Shown here piece by piece: positions 10,661 to 23,001 of a stretch of 64,000 nucleotides of DNA (its first letter is position 1; each line of letters opens with the position of its first letter). Under the pieces are notes generated by a model. It was not told where the DNA came from. It saw nothing but the letters and a program-made list of their open reading frames with translations, and did no database searches. Origin of the DNA: Gemmatimonadaceae bacterium (GTDB lineage Bacteria > Gemmatimonadota > Gemmatimonadetes > Gemmatimonadales > Gemmatimonadaceae); the NCBI GenBank assembly GCA_051859245.1, contig JBHYGA010000005.1, forward strand, positions 96,001 to 160,000, in the 5' to 3' direction. The position numbers and the translations under genes are program-made.

Positions 10661-12355
10661 CTACCCGCGCTCCAACGCATCAAGCTTGCGCCGCGCCATG
10701 CGCAGCGGCAACACGGTGAACGCCACACAGCTCGTAATCACCAACGCGAACGGCAACAGCAACCGCCAGCTGTCGAACTCCCAGCCAAAATGATCGGCCA
10801 CGACCCAGCGTGATGCCGGACGTCCCGCTCCGTACGCCACGGCCGCGATCAGCACAATCGCCGATAGCATGAACAGCAGCCCACCAAACGATGTGGGAAT
10901 CTGCGCCGCGTTCTCTGAATCGTACTGCGGATAGAACGCACCGTACGAGAGCGCCATTGCGGTGAGCGGGAACACCAGACACGCAATCGCCGCCGTACTC
11001 ACCGCGTGCACAAACAGCGACACGTCGAGCAACAGATTGGTGGCCACCACAAGCACAATAGCAAGCAGGAAGAGCGGCACAGCGCCCACCCAGAACTTGG
11101 CCCACAATAAATCACGCATGGCCAGCGGGCTCGAGCGCAGCAACCACAGTGCACGCCCTTCAAGACTGATGGACGGAAACACAAAGCGTCCGGCAATTGA
11201 GGCGAGCACAAAACCCGCCACCGCAAGATTCAGGAATGGCACGAGCTGTCGCAACAATACCGTCATGCCTTCGCCAGAGAGCGGCAGGTAGCGCACGTTC
11301 GCCACATACACCACCAGCAAGACGAACAGCAGAATCAGCTGACTCCACTGCGTAGTGTCGCGCGCGAACACTTTGAGTTCCTTGAGCACCAGCTCGCGTC
11401 GATTCGCCGGGAGCCAGGCGAACAGCCGATCGATCACCGGACGCACCGTGACGCTCGTGCGTTTGCCAGCGCCTTCCTGCGCCGCACTGAAGCCTCGCGC
11501 CCACAGCAACTGGTGTGCCACCAGTCCAAGCGTCAAAAGTCCCAGCGCTGCGCCCCACAGACGAATGAGTGCTGCACTGATCGGGCCACCTCGCAAGTAA
11601 CCCATCACCGCGTCACTCGCCCACTCGCTCGGCAACCACGGCGAACTCGGCGTGTTGATCGCCGCCACAAAGTCCATGAAGTTCTCAAAGCCCTCCGGAC
11701 GCACAAGCTGCTCAGGGCGCGCCATCCGGAACATCACCACGAGTGCCGCAATCGCGAGCACGGTGACAACGGAGAGAATGTCACGCGTGCGCCGCGCCGG
11801 AAAGACGTTCGCGAGCACCAGCGTGATCAGTGAACCCAACGCCGTGGGGATCACGAAGTACGGAACGAACACCGCGAGCGCAAAGCCTAGAAACTGAATG
11901 CCACCCTGATACACTGCCGCGTAGGCACTTAACAGCGGCAGCAACAAGAGCATGACCATCCAGTTTGCGTGCACACCGGTTTCAATCAGTCGCGCACCGT
12001 ATAGCGCCGCTCGTTTGACCGGGGCTGAAGCAATCTGATCCAGATCGCGCGCCAGAAAGCTGCTGGAGAGCGCGCCAATCACATTGGAGAGCAACAGTAT
12101 GGACGAGAATGCCAGCAACATCATGGCGAGCACTTTGCCCGCGAGAATCGCACCGATGTCTTCCGTGCCCATGAAGTACGTGAGCACTTTGCGCGAGAGG
12201 GCAAACGCGGCGTAGAAGAACCCGCTGCCGAGCAGTGCGAGCACGAGCGCTCTCGCCATGTGCGTCTCGCCCGCCGACGCGGCGCGAGCACGCGCGACGC
12301 GCCACTTCGGTCCCAGCAAATGCAACACGCTCGCCGCGCGCAGCGGCTCACGCAT
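10661..12355 (-). CDS. putative ABC transporter permease
   Basis: About 12 TM helices; SLEGRALWLLRSSPL motif; overlaps the ABC ATPase gene. Confidence 0.8.
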   Translation of the reverse strand: MREPLRAASVLHLLGPKWRVARARAASAGETHMARALVLALLGSGFFYAAFALSRKVLTYFMGTEDIGAILAGKVLAMMLLAFSSILLLSNVIGALSSSFLARDLDQIASAPVKRAALYGARLIETGVHANWMVMLLLLPLLSAYAAVYQGGIQFLGFALAVFVPYFVIPTALGSLITLVLANVFPARRTRDILSVVTVLAIAALVVMFRMARPEQLVRPEGFENFMDFVAAINTPSSPWLPSEWASDAVMGYLRGGPISAALIRLWGAALGLLTLGLVAHQLLWARGFSAAQEGAGKRTSVTVRPVIDRLFAWLPANRRELVLKELKVFARDTTQWSQLILLFVLLVVYVANVRYLPLSGEGMTVLLRQLVPFLNLAVAGFVLASIAGRFVFPSISLEGRALWLLRSSPLAMRDLLWAKFWVGAVPLFLLAIVLVVATNLLLDVSLFVHAVSTAAIACLVFPLTAMALSYGAFYPQYDSENAAQIPTSFGGLLFMLSAIVLIAAVAYGAGRPASRWVVADHFGWEFDSWRLLLPFALVITSCVAFTVLPLRMARRKLDALERG

Positions 12356-13103
12356 GCAACACCTCAGCCACGTCGCGCGTGATTTTTTCGCCCGTCAGTT
12401 TGAGGAAAATGTCTTCAAGATCATCGGCGTCATTGTCAATGCGCAGTTCCTTCATGGTGCCACACGCTACAAGCTTGCCACGCTGCATGATGCCAATGCG
12501 ATCACACATGCCTTCCGCCACTTCGAGCGTGTGCGTTGACATCATGACGGTGTGCCCATCATCGGTATACCGACGGAACAGTTCCTTGAGCGTTCTCGAC
12601 GACTTGGGGTCAAGACCCACCATGGGTTCGTCAACAACGATCACCGCCGGTTCGTGAACGAACGCACTGGCAATGATCAGTTTCTGACGCATGCCGTGGC
12701 TGTAGCTCTCCACGAGCTCATCGCGCCACGGCTCCAGATCAAACAGCGCGAGGAACTCGTTGGCGCGATGGTCCACCGCCTTGCCCTGCGCGCCATACAA
12801 TCCGGCCGCAAAGCGCAGGAACTCAATGCCCGTGAGCTTCTCGTAAATGAACGGTCGATCGGGAATGAATCCGAGCGATCGTTTGGCCGCGAGCGGATCA
12901 CGCACCAGATCCGCACCGGCAATGCGCACGGTGCCTTCGCTGGGGCGCAGAATTCCCGCAATCATGCGCATGGTGGTAGTCTTGCCAGCGCCGTTCGGTC
13001 CGAGGAAGCCAAACAGTTCGCCAGCCGGCACAACGAGGTCGAGGCGATCTACGGCGGTGAACTTGCCGTACCGCTTCGTGAGGGCGGAGAGTTCAATCAT
13101 CAC
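12348..13103 (-). CDS. ABC transporter ATP-binding protein
   Basis: GPNGAGKTT, signature YSHGMRQK, Walker B VVDEP, H-loop. Confidence 0.93.
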   Translation of the reverse strand: MMIELSALTKRYGKFTAVDRLDLVVPAGELFGFLGPNGAGKTTTMRMIAGILRPSEGTVRIAGADLVRDPLAAKRSLGFIPDRPFIYEKLTGIEFLRFAAGLYGAQGKAVDHRANEFLALFDLEPWRDELVESYSHGMRQKLIIASAFVHEPAVIVVDEPMVGLDPKSSRTLKELFRRYTDDGHTVMMSTHTLEVAEGMCDRIGIMQRGKLVACGTMKELRIDNDADDLEDIFLKLTGEKITRDVAEVLHA

Positions 13104-13183
13104 GGATCAGACGACCGAGCGCCGCGCGGGTGTCATGTTGTGCCCGCCGTGTGACACAATCGGCGCCTGCTGAGACGATCCGT

Positions 13184-14395
13184 TTACGACGCCTTTCGAG
13201 CAAACCCAAACAGCGCGGTGTCACGATCTTCCGCGCCGAGCACCAGTCCACTCAGGATGTCCGTGGCAATCTGACTGAACACAATGCCGTTGCCGCCGTA
13301 GCCAAGTGCGGCGTACACGTGGTCGAAGCCGGGCATTCTTCCAATTCGAGGAAGTCCGTCTTCGGTCTGTCCAAACGTGCCCGCCCAGGCGAAGGCCGTG
13401 AGCGGTGCCTCGCGTCCAAGAAAGCGCCCGAGTGCTTTTTCGAGCTGGCGTGAACGAGCTGGAAGCAGTGCGTCGCGCGCGTCTTCATTCTTGAACGGCA
13501 CATCAAAGCCGCCCACGAGCATGCGAGCGTCGGGCGTGGCACGCATGTAGGTGTACGGACGCGCGGTTTCCCACACCAGCAATCCGTTTGCCAGGGGGCC
13601 GAGTTCTGTCGTTGGTTGTGTCACCAGTGCGTACGAGCTGTGCAGCGACACGGTGTGCTCGGGCAAGGTGGCCGGCAGCTCGTAGCCCGTCGCGTGAATG
13701 AGCGCGCCGGCCAGACACTGTCCGCGCGATGTGAAGAGACGCACGCGGTCGCCAGCGGGCGACCATTGTGTGAGCTCAGTACGCGCGCACAGCAGCGCAC
13801 CAAGATCTATCGCACGCTGCAATGCCGCACGCGCAAACTGCACCGGATCGACACTCGCCGCCTGATGCGTGAAAAGCGCGGCGTGACCATCAATGTCGTG
13901 TCGCGCACGCACGTCATCGCGCGAAAGCCACTCCACGGGAAGCCCATGTTTTGCGCGCAGCTCGAACTCGTCACGCAGACCTCTCGCGTGCGATCGTTTG
14001 CTCGCCACGTACACACTGTCGCACCGCGCAAAATCGCCGGAATCGGCGAGCCCCGCGGTCAGTTCGTGCAGTGCATCCACCGACTCCACGCACCGCATGT
14101 AGGCGCGCGCCGCCTGTTCCTCGCCGAGCATGTCACTCAGCGCGACCAACTCCACATCGAGCTCGTATTGCAGCAGCGCCGTTGATACGGCCGTACTCCC
14201 TTCGGTGGGCGCATTGCGTTCGATCACGACCACCGACTTGCCGGCGCGGGCGAAACGATCCGCCAACAGCGCGCCGGTAATGCCGGCGCCAATGATGGCC
14301 ACATCGCACGTGTCGGGAAGTGCGTGCTCGGGAGGGTTCAGGAGCCCGGCGCGGAGCAGCCAGAACGGAGCGCCAGACGCGACACGAAGCGTCAC
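13184..14395 (-). CDS. FAD-dependent oxidoreductase (DAO family)
   Basis: IIGAGITG dinucleotide-binding motif, WAGTFG, GYGGNGI. Confidence 0.85.
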   Translation of the reverse strand: MTLRVASGAPFWLLRAGLLNPPEHALPDTCDVAIIGAGITGALLADRFARAGKSVVVIERNAPTEGSTAVSTALLQYELDVELVALSDMLGEEQAARAYMRCVESVDALHELTAGLADSGDFARCDSVYVASKRSHARGLRDEFELRAKHGLPVEWLSRDDVRARHDIDGHAALFTHQAASVDPVQFARAALQRAIDLGALLCARTELTQWSPAGDRVRLFTSRGQCLAGALIHATGYELPATLPEHTVSLHSSYALVTQPTTELGPLANGLLVWETARPYTYMRATPDARMLVGGFDVPFKNEDARDALLPARSRQLEKALGRFLGREAPLTAFAWAGTFGQTEDGLPRIGRMPGFDHVYAALGYGGNGIVFSQIATDILSGLVLGAEDRDTALFGFARKAS

Positions 14396-14754
14396 GCCGC
14401 GTCGTCCTCGTCAAAACCCTCTGAGGTCTCTGTGCGCACCCATTGCAGATAGCCCTCAAGTCCCGCGTGCGTCGGAAACACCAGCAGCTCCGGCACATCG
14501 TACGGATGGTGCAACGTGAACGCCTCACCGATGGCATCGAGTTGCTCGGCCACCGTTTTGAGGAGAACGACCACCTCGCTCTCATCCGTGACCTCACCCT
14601 CCCAGTGGTACAGAGATCGCGCGCCCGGCATCAGCGTGCCGCACGCAATCAACCGTGAGCTGAGCAGGGCGCGCACGAGGTGCTCGGCGTCGTCTGCAGT
14701 GGCGACCGTTGTGATGGCGAGCACCACATCGCTGGGTTCAAGGGGAGTAGGCAT
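14392..14754 (-). CDS. cutA: divalent cation tolerance protein CutA
   Basis: LIACGT, SLYHWEG, HHPYDVPELL. Confidence 0.9.
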   Translation of the reverse strand: MPTPLEPSDVVLAITTVATADDAEHLVRALLSSRLIACGTLMPGARSLYHWEGEVTDESEVVVLLKTVAEQLDAIGEAFTLHHPYDVPELLVFPTHAGLEGYLQWVRTETSEGFDEDDAA

Positions 14755-14865
14755 CTTCGACGATACCCCGAAGCGCGTCCAGAAGCCAACGGCAAGCGAA
14801 AGGGAACAGTGAAGCGGCACCCCGGTCTTGTCTGAGAGCCTGCAATCCCGGTTACTTACAAGACT

Positions 14866-17733
14866 ATGCCAGAAAACGCGCTGATCGTTCGCGGGGCCCG
14901 CGAGCACAATCTCCGGAACATTGACGTCACGATTCCCCGGGACCGCCTCACGGTGATCACCGGATTGTCCGGCTCGGGCAAATCGTCACTCGCTTTTGAC
15001 ACGATTTACGCCGAAGGGCAACGACGCTACGTGGAGTCGCTGTCGGCGTACGCGAGACAGTTCCTGGGGCTCATGGAGAAGCCCGATGTCGACGCGATCG
15101 AAGGCTTGTCGCCTGCGATTTCGATTGAACAGAAATCGGCCGGACACAACCCTCGGTCTACCGTTGGCACGGTTACCGAGATCTATGACTACCTGCGTTT
15201 GCTGTACGCACGCGCTGGCACGCCGCATTGTCCGAACTGCGGGCGCGCCGTGCAACGGCAGAGTCCGGCGCAAATCGCCGAACAGATTCTGGTGTGGCCG
15301 GAAGACACGCGTATCGAAATTCGTGGCCCGCTGGTGCAGGGGCGGAAAGGTGAGTTCCGTGATCTCTTTGACTCTGCGCGTCGACAGGGATTTGTGCGCG
15401 CGGTGGTTGATGGTGAACTCATTGAGCTCGCCGATCCTCCCAAGTTGAACAAGCGCGCGAATCACTCGATCTCGGTGGTGGTGGATCGACTGGTGGTGCG
15501 CGCCGAAGACCGCGGCCGACTGACGGATTCGCTCGAGACCGCGCTCCGGCTCGCCGATGGACTCGTCGAAGTCGTGCGCTACGACGGCAAGGAACCTGAG
15601 GCCACGCTGTTCTCGGAGAAGCAGGGCTGTCCGGAATGCGGCATCTCATTGCCGGAGCTTGAGCCGAGACACTTTTCGTTCAACTCTCCGTTTGGCGCGT
15701 GCGAAACGTGTAGTGGTCTTGGCACCACGCGCTCGGTGAGCGAAGAACTCTTGCTCGGCGATCCGAGTCTCACGCTGCTTGAAGGTGTGATTCTCCCGTG
15801 GGGTGAGCCGGACGGTTTTCTGCGTCGGGTTCTCTTGCCGGGGCTTGCAAAGGAACTGGGTTTTGATCTCAAGACGCCGTGGGGCAAGCTGTCTGCCGCG
15901 GTGCGCAAGCAGTTGCTGTATGGCATCGAGAATAAGGGGCGCGCGCCGGCGAAACGCAGTGGCATCAAGCGCGCAGTGACCAAGTCGGTGTCGGCCAGCG
16001 CCGATGTTGCCACGTGGGACGGCATCATTGCCAGCTTGCAGCGGCGGTACGACGAAACGAGTTCCGATGGTATTCGCCTCGAGCTTGATGCGTACATGGT
16101 CGCCGCGCCGTGCCCCACGTGTCTGGGCAAACGACTGCGCGCGGAGTCGCTCGCAGTTACGGTGCATCGCAAGAACATTGGCGAACTGGTCGAACTCTCG
16201 GTGGCCGACGCGTTCACGTTCTTTGATGGTGTGCCAGTGCGTGGCAAGGGCAAGCCAGGTCTCGATCCTGGTATTGCCGGCCCGATCCTCAAAGAAGTCA
16301 AAGACCGACTGCGGTTTTTGGTGGACGTCGGACTCGATTATCTCACGCTCAATCGCTCGGCGGAATCACTTTCCGGTGGCGAAGCGCAGCGCATCAGGCT
16401 CGCCACGCAAATCGGCTCGCGGCTCGTTGGGGTGCTCTACATTCTAGACGAACCCAGTATTGGCTTGCATCAGCGTGACAACGATCGATTGCTCGGTACG
16501 TTGAAACAGCTGCGCGATCTTGGGAACACGGTGATCGTGGTTGAGCATGACGAAGAAACAATTCGCGAAGCGGATTACGTCATCGATCTCGGTCCCGGCG
16601 CCGGCAAGCACGGCGGCGAAGTGATCGCAGCCGGTTCGGTGGACGATATCAAGCGTGCGCCGGCGTCCATGACAGGACAGTTTTTAAGCGGCGCGCGTAT
16701 GGTGCCGGTCCCCACGAAGCGACGGAAGCCTGACGCGCAGCGCATGCTGCGCATTGAAGGCGCGCGCGAACACAACTTGAAAGAGGTGACCGCCGAGGTG
16801 CCGCTAGGATTGTTTGTGGCAGTGACCGGCGTGTCGGGGAGTGGCAAGTCCACGCTGGTGACCGACATTCTGCAGCGATCACTGTCGCGTCATTTCTTCC
16901 GTGCGCGTGTGATTCCGGGCGCGCATGATCGAATCTCCGGCATTGAACATCTCGACAAGATCATTGATATCGATCAGAGTCCGATTGGTCGCACGCCGCG
17001 ATCCAATCCGGCCACGTACACCGGTGTGTTTACACCAGTGCGTGATCTGTTCGCGGAGTTGCCGGAAGCCAAAATTCGTGGCTACGGTCCCGGACGCTTT
17101 TCGTTCAATGTGAAGGGTGGGCGTTGCGAAGCGTGTCAGGGCGACGGGTTGGTGAAAATTGAAATGCACTTCTTGCCCGACGTGTTTGTATCGTGCGATG
17201 TGTGCAAAGGCAAACGTTTCAATCGTGAAACGCTGGAAGTGCGGTTTCGTGGGCTGTCCATTGCCGACGTGCTCGACCTGACCGTAGAAGACGCGTGTAC
17301 GGTGTTCGAGAATCAGCCGCGCATCGCGCAACGGTTAATCACATTGCGCGACGTTGGTCTGGGCTACATCCACCTCGGGCAGAGTGCTACCACGCTCTCC
17401 GGTGGCGAAGCGCAGCGTGTGAAACTGGCCACCGAACTGGCCAAGCGTGATACGGGACGCACGTTGTATATCCTCGACGAACCCACCACCGGCTTGCATT
17501 TTGAAGACGTGCGCGTGCTGCTCGAAGTGCTGCACAAGCTCGTGGAGCGCGGCAATACGGTCCTGGTGATCGAGCACAATCTTGATGTCATCAAAACGGC
17601 CGACTGGATTGTGGATCTGGGCCCGGAGGGTGGTGTTCGCGGCGGCACGATTGTGGCGTCGGGCACTCCAGAGCAGGTGGCGGCAACCAAGGGCAGTTAC
17701 ACCGGACATTATCTCAAACCGCTGCTGAAATAG
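14866..17733 (+). CDS. uvrA: excinuclease ABC subunit A
   Basis: GAREHNL, two Walker A motifs ([16 protein letters not shown]), two LSGGEAQR signatures, zinc fingers. Confidence 0.97.
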   Translation: MPENALIVRGAREHNLRNIDVTIPRDRLTVITGLSGSGKSSLAFDTIYAEGQRRYVESLSAYARQFLGLMEKPDVDAIEGLSPAISIEQKSAGHNPRSTVGTVTEIYDYLRLLYARAGTPHCPNCGRAVQRQSPAQIAEQILVWPEDTRIEIRGPLVQGRKGEFRDLFDSARRQGFVRAVVDGELIELADPPKLNKRANHSISVVVDRLVVRAEDRGRLTDSLETALRLADGLVEVVRYDGKEPEATLFSEKQGCPECGISLPELEPRHFSFNSPFGACETCSGLGTTRSVSEELLLGDPSLTLLEGVILPWGEPDGFLRRVLLPGLAKELGFDLKTPWGKLSAAVRKQLLYGIENKGRAPAKRSGIKRAVTKSVSASADVATWDGIIASLQRRYDETSSDGIRLELDAYMVAAPCPTCLGKRLRAESLAVTVHRKNIGELVELSVADAFTFFDGVPVRGKGKPGLDPGIAGPILKEVKDRLRFLVDVGLDYLTLNRSAESLSGGEAQRIRLATQIGSRLVGVLYILDEPSIGLHQRDNDRLLGTLKQLRDLGNTVIVVEHDEETIREADYVIDLGPGAGKHGGEVIAAGSVDDIKRAPASMTGQFLSGARMVPVPTKRRKPDAQRMLRIEGAREHNLKEVTAEVPLGLFVAVTGVSGSGKSTLVTDILQRSLSRHFFRARVIPGAHDRISGIEHLDKIIDIDQSPIGRTPRSNPATYTGVFTPVRDLFAELPEAKIRGYGPGRFSFNVKGGRCEACQGDGLVKIEMHFLPDVFVSCDVCKGKRFNRETLEVRFRGLSIADVLDLTVEDACTVFENQPRIAQRLITLRDVGLGYIHLGQSATTLSGGEAQRVKLATELAKRDTGRTLYILDEPTTGLHFEDVRVLLEVLHKLVERGNTVLVIEHNLDVIKTADWIVDLGPEGGVRGGTIVASGTPEQVAATKGSYTGHYLKPLLK

Positions 17734-17810
17734 TCGGATCGTTCCCGAATCGATGCGCCAGTTACCGTCGCTGCACTGGCGCGTTGCGGTGTTGTCTCAC
17801 TGATTACGGT

Positions 17811-18479
17811 ATGGTCTCCCTCCTCGATATTATTGGCCCCGTCATGGTTGGGCCGAGTTCAAGTCATACGGCCGGCGCCTGCCGACTCGGTTTGCTGGCG
17901 CGCTGTCTCGTTGGCGACACGCCAGATCGTGCGCTGCTCGAACTGCATGGCTCCTTTGCCCGCACCGGTGAGGGTCACGGCACCGACAAGGCGCTCGTGG
18001 GCGGCCTGATGGGTTTCCGACCGGATGATGAGCGCTTGCGCACCGCGCTCGAAATCATGGAAGCGGAAGGGCTGGACTATCGCTTTGAGAAGACCACGCT
18101 CGATGAAGACTCGCATCCGAACACGGTGCGCATCACGGTGGAGCGCGGCGAGCGCAAATCCGTGATGGTTGGTTCGTCACTTGGTGCAGGTCGTGTACTC
18201 GTGACCGAGATTGATGGATATCCGGTGAACGTGACCGGCAACCTGCACACGATCGTGCTCGTTGCCGAAGACGTGAAAGGATCGGTCGCACGCATTGCCA
18301 CCATTCTGTCCGACGCAGATCTGAACATCGCCACGCTGCGATTGTCACGCAAAGAACGCGGCGGCGATGCCTTCATGGTTATTGAGGTTGATGAACAGCC
18401 ATCCGAGGCAGTGCGTGATCACATTCGCGGACTGAGCTGGGTGAAGTGGGCGTTCCGTCTCGACAAGGTGAGTGCCTGA
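17811..18479 (+). CDS. sdaAB: L-serine dehydratase beta subunit with ACT domain
   Basis: IIGPVMVGPSSSHTAGA, GSFARTGEGHGTD, HPNT; C-terminal ACT domain. Confidence 0.92.
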   Translation: MVSLLDIIGPVMVGPSSSHTAGACRLGLLARCLVGDTPDRALLELHGSFARTGEGHGTDKALVGGLMGFRPDDERLRTALEIMEAEGLDYRFEKTTLDEDSHPNTVRITVERGERKSVMVGSSLGAGRVLVTEIDGYPVNVTGNLHTIVLVAEDVKGSVARIATILSDADLNIATLRLSRKERGGDAFMVIEVDEQPSEAVRDHIRGLSWVKWAFRLDKVSA

Positions 18480-19360
18480 TGTATCGCAGCCTGGCCGATG
18501 CCATCGCCGATGCCGAAGCGCGCGGCATTACGTTGTCGCAACTTGCGCTTGAAACGGAAGCGCGTGATCAGGGAAGACCAGTCGAAGAGATTCGTGATGC
18601 ACTGCGTCGTGCATTGCACGTGATGCAGGGCGCAGTGGATCGCGGCATGGAAGGCGATCTGTTCAGTGCATCAGGTCTGGTAGGTGGTGACGCAGCGAAA
18701 ATGCGCACCGGTCCTGATGGTCCGCTTGCGGGAACGGCGTTTCGTGATGTGCTCGCGCGCGCGCTCGCTGTGCAAGAAGTGAATGCCGCAATGGGGGTGA
18801 TTGTCGCCGCGCCAACCGCCGGTGGTGCGGGCGTGTTGCCAGCGGTTCTCACGGGGCTCGCGGCCGCGCAAGGCATTAGTGAAGATCGTGTTGTTGACGC
18901 ACTCGCGACGGCCGGCCTGATCGGCGCGGTCGTTGCCGAGCGTGCGTCGCTTTCGGGTGCCGAAGGCGGATGTCAGGCGGAGACCGGAGCGGCGGCTGGC
19001 ATGGCCGCTGGCGCAGCCACGGAGATGCTCGGCGGCACACCGTCGCAGGTTGGACACGCAACCGCGCTCGCGCAGCAAGGAACGCTCGGCTTGGTGTGTG
19101 ATCCGCTCGGCGGACTGGTTGAACTCCCGTGCGTCTTCCGCAACGCAACAGGCGCGGCGATTGCGCTCGCAGCCATTGAAATGGCAATGGCTGGCGTGAC
19201 GTTTGCGATTCCCGTTGACGAAGTGATTGATACGATGGGCGAAATCGGCAAGAACATGGATGTGCGTTATCGCGAAACGGCCGGTGGTGGACTCGCGGCG
19301 ACGCCGACGGGCCGGCGGTTGGCGAAGGAGCGCCTCTACGACATCAAGCGTCGCGCGTGA
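18479..19360 (+). CDS. sdaAA: L-serine dehydratase alpha subunit
   Basis: EVNAAMG, AAPTAG, SGAEGGCQAE, LGLVCDP, PC, RETAGGGLA. Confidence 0.92.
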   Translation: MYRSLADAIADAEARGITLSQLALETEARDQGRPVEEIRDALRRALHVMQGAVDRGMEGDLFSASGLVGGDAAKMRTGPDGPLAGTAFRDVLARALAVQEVNAAMGVIVAAPTAGGAGVLPAVLTGLAAAQGISEDRVVDALATAGLIGAVVAERASLSGAEGGCQAETGAAAGMAAGAATEMLGGTPSQVGHATALAQQGTLGLVCDPLGGLVELPCVFRNATGAAIALAAIEMAMAGVTFAIPVDEVIDTMGEIGKNMDVRYRETAGGGLAATPTGRRLAKERLYDIKRRA

Positions 19361-20370
19361 TCGCACAGAGCACGCAACAGCTTGTGCGTCGCGTGTGTCA
19401 GCTCGCGACGTGGATCGGAGCGATCGTCGCGATCGCTGCTTGCGGTGGTGTTGACACACCAGGTGCGACAACGCTGTCATCTGACAGCATTGTTGCGTCA
19501 AGCAACGCATCCGTTACGCAGCGTACCGCACTTCGCGACGTCTCCATCATGGGGGCGTTCGTCGAGCGTGATATCAAGGAGTCGTCTGCCGCCGTACAGA
19601 GTTACCAGTTCCCCGGTGTGTTCTGGACACTCAATGACAGTGGCAACAACGAACGTGTGTTTGCATTCGATTCAAGCGGTGCGGATCTCGGCTCCATAAA
19701 AGTGAGCGGCGTGCGAAATCGCGACTGGGAATCACTCGCCGTTGGTCCATGCGAAAACGGTCACTGTCTGTACATCGGTGAAACAGGCGACAATCTCGGC
19801 CGACACGATGCGGTCACGATCTGGCGCATCGCAGAGCCGGCACCGCCGGGCGCGGGGCAGAAGCAAGACGCCACGGGTGCCGTGCCGTTGCACTTCACCT
19901 ATCCGGATGGACCACGTGATGTTGAGGCCATGTGGGTGGATGCGGACACCGTCGTCTGGCTGGCCACCAAGCGGCCGAGTCTGAACGCGCGCGGTAAGCC
20001 GCGACCCGCGCTGCTGTATCGCGTGAGCCCGTCGCAGTGGAACACGCAAGACACGGCGCGCGCCGAGCTGGTGGATTCGTTGCCGAACGTTCCCACGCGC
20101 GACCTCGGCACACAAATCACCGACGCGTCGCTCTCCAACCCGTTCGGCGACAGCACGCGCGTATCGCAACTTGCCGTGCGCACCTACGAGTACCTGTACG
20201 TCTTTCGTGTGCCGCAACGCTCGGGCCGACCCGATTCACTGCTCGGTGTCTGCGACCTCAGGCCGCTCAATGAGAAGCAGGGGGAAGGCATCACGTGGCT
20301 GCCCGATGGCCGCGTGATGCTCACATCCGAGAAGCGGTACGCGCCGCTCCGCGCGATGCGCTGTCCGTAA
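19357..20370 (+). CDS. hypothetical lipoprotein, probable beta-propeller
   Basis: Lipobox IAAC; WTLNDSG, DWESLA, YIGETGDN, QGEGIT repeats. Confidence 0.6.
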   Translation: MIAQSTQQLVRRVCQLATWIGAIVAIAACGGVDTPGATTLSSDSIVASSNASVTQRTALRDVSIMGAFVERDIKESSAAVQSYQFPGVFWTLNDSGNNERVFAFDSSGADLGSIKVSGVRNRDWESLAVGPCENGHCLYIGETGDNLGRHDAVTIWRIAEPAPPGAGQKQDATGAVPLHFTYPDGPRDVEAMWVDADTVVWLATKRPSLNARGKPRPALLYRVSPSQWNTQDTARAELVDSLPNVPTRDLGTQITDASLSNPFGDSTRVSQLAVRTYEYLYVFRVPQRSGRPDSLLGVCDLRPLNEKQGEGITWLPDGRVMLTSEKRYAPLRAMRCP

Positions 20371-20556
20371 TGTGCCTGCGGTGATGCGCGCTTGGCCTGT
20401 TGATGGTCCGGCCGGTTGGCCCCGGACGCGAAGGGGCGATATCGTTAGGAAGTCTCGAAGTCACTACGCCACCTGTTCGATCGGTGTTCGGCCAATCGAA
20501 ACCTGCCAGGGTGTGTTGCGCGTAGTGGATGGTCGACCCCACCCCGAGAGGAAGGC

Positions 20557-20961
20557 ATGATCACCCGAGAAGATGTCGAGTCGTTTCTCGACCGCATGAC
20601 CGCCGAAGGCGTTACGCACGAAGAAGTCGAGCAGGGGCTCTGGACGGTTCGCCCCGGTGGTGCCCTCGAGTTCGACGTAGTCGTCAGCTACACGCCGCCG
20701 GTGCTGCTGCTCCGCGTCAAAGTCATGCCACTGCCCGCTGAAGCAGCGGAAGTTGCGGCGCTGTCGCGACGGTTGCTTGAGCTGAACGCCACGGATCTGC
20801 TGCACGGTTCGTACGGTATCGATGGCGATGCTGTCGTTCTCACCGAGGCGTTGGAGCTCTCTCATCTCGACTACGAGGAATTCCTCGCGTCGTACGAAAG
20901 CATGACGCTGTCGCTGGCCTCGCACATGCGCGAGCTGGCTTCCTTCCGCGAGGTACGTTAA
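20557..20961 (+). CDS. YbjN/CesT-like chaperone-fold protein
   Basis: 134 aa with LLELNA...HGSYGI; good RBS; 3 nt upstream of pspA. Confidence 0.7.
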   Translation: MITREDVESFLDRMTAEGVTHEEVEQGLWTVRPGGALEFDVVVSYTPPVLLLRVKVMPLPAEAAEVAALSRRLLELNATDLLHGSYGIDGDAVVLTEALELSHLDYEEFLASYESMTLSLASHMRELASFREVR

Positions 20962-20964
20962 CCG

Positions 20965-21768
<804 letters not shown>

Positions 21769-21830
21769 AGGCGTCAGACCATCTGACTTAGGGCGATCAT
21801 TCCCCTGTTCGCCCACCTCGAACCATCGGT

Positions 21831-22901
21831 ATGTCTCGCTCGCGTCGCTTCCTGATTCTTGCCGAGGGCAACTTCGGCCCGTTGTCGTCCAAGACCGCCA
21901 ACGCGTGCATTCGTTATGCACCGCAGGATGTCGCCGTCGTGCTGGACAGCGCGGCGGCTGGACGCACCGCTGATGATGTGCTCGGCTTCGGTGGCGGCAT
22001 TCCAGTCGTTGCCACCTTCGACGAAGCGATGCGCTTCGAGCCTACCGCATTGCTGATTGGCATCGCGCCACCGGGCGGACAGTTTCCGCACGCGTGGCGC
22101 GAGTTGCTCGTGCGAGCGCTCACCGTAGGGCTCGATGTGTGGAGCGGCTTGCACACGTTGCTCGGCGATGATCCCGAGTTCGCCGCCGTTGCCGCAGCCA
22201 ACGGCGCGACGATTCGCGACTTGCGTCGCGCACCAGAAAATCTCGATGTGTCGTACGGTCGCGTTCGGGAAACCGACGCTACGGTGATTCTTACCGTGGG
22301 CAGCGATTGCAACATCGGTAAAATGACCACGCAGTTGCAGATTCAGGATGGTGTGCGCAAACTCGGTCATCGTGTGTCGTTTGCCGCGACTGGTCAAACC
22401 GGAATCCTGATTGAAGGCCGCGGCATTGCGGTTGACGCTGTGATTGCGGATTTCATTGCCGGTGCGGCGGAGCAGCTCACGCTCGAAGCCGCAGTGGACA
22501 ACGACATCGTGCTTGTGGAAGGCCAAGGTTCGATCGTACACCCGGCGTATTCAGGCGTCACGCTCGGACTCATGCACGGATCGCTGCCGCACGCAATGAT
22601 TCTGTGTGCGCAGCCAAGCCGCACCACGATCAACCGCAATCCGTGGGTGCCGATTCCGTCACTCAGCGAACTGATTCGTTTGTATGAACAGTTGGCGGAG
22701 CCGCTGCGTTCGGCGCCCGTGATTGGTGTTGCGCTCAACACGTACGACCTGTCAGACATTGAAGCGCGCGAAGCCATCGAACGGGCCAAGGCCGAAACCG
22801 GATTGCCCGTCACCGATCCGGTGCGCTTCAGCACGGCGCCGCTCAGTGAAGCGATCGATGCATTTCACCGCGAACGAGTCGAGGCGCAAGCGGTGCGGTA
22901 A
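21831..22901 (+). CDS. DUF1611 family P-loop protein
   Basis: VGSDCNIGKMTT, ATGQTG, DAVIADF, VEGQGS, HPAYSGV. Confidence 0.88.
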   Translation: MSRSRRFLILAEGNFGPLSSKTANACIRYAPQDVAVVLDSAAAGRTADDVLGFGGGIPVVATFDEAMRFEPTALLIGIAPPGGQFPHAWRELLVRALTVGLDVWSGLHTLLGDDPEFAAVAAANGATIRDLRRAPENLDVSYGRVRETDATVILTVGSDCNIGKMTTQLQIQDGVRKLGHRVSFAATGQTGILIEGRGIAVDAVIADFIAGAAEQLTLEAAVDNDIVLVEGQGSIVHPAYSGVTLGLMHGSLPHAMILCAQPSRTTINRNPWVPIPSLSELIRLYEQLAEPLRSAPVIGVALNTYDLSDIEAREAIERAKAETGLPVTDPVRFSTAPLSEAIDAFHRERVEAQAVR

Positions 22902-23001
22902 CGCGCCCACGAACGCAGTGAGCCGTGTGCGCCGCGCACCCATGATGCGGCGCGCATTATTTCGGTGAAGAGAGCGTGTGGACAGCGCCTAATCTGAGCG
23001 C

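Noticed and set aside
10661..13103. ABC pair as CcmAB of the adjacent ccm operon
   Set aside because: Convergent orientation, and the 564-aa permease is unlike the much smaller CcmB.
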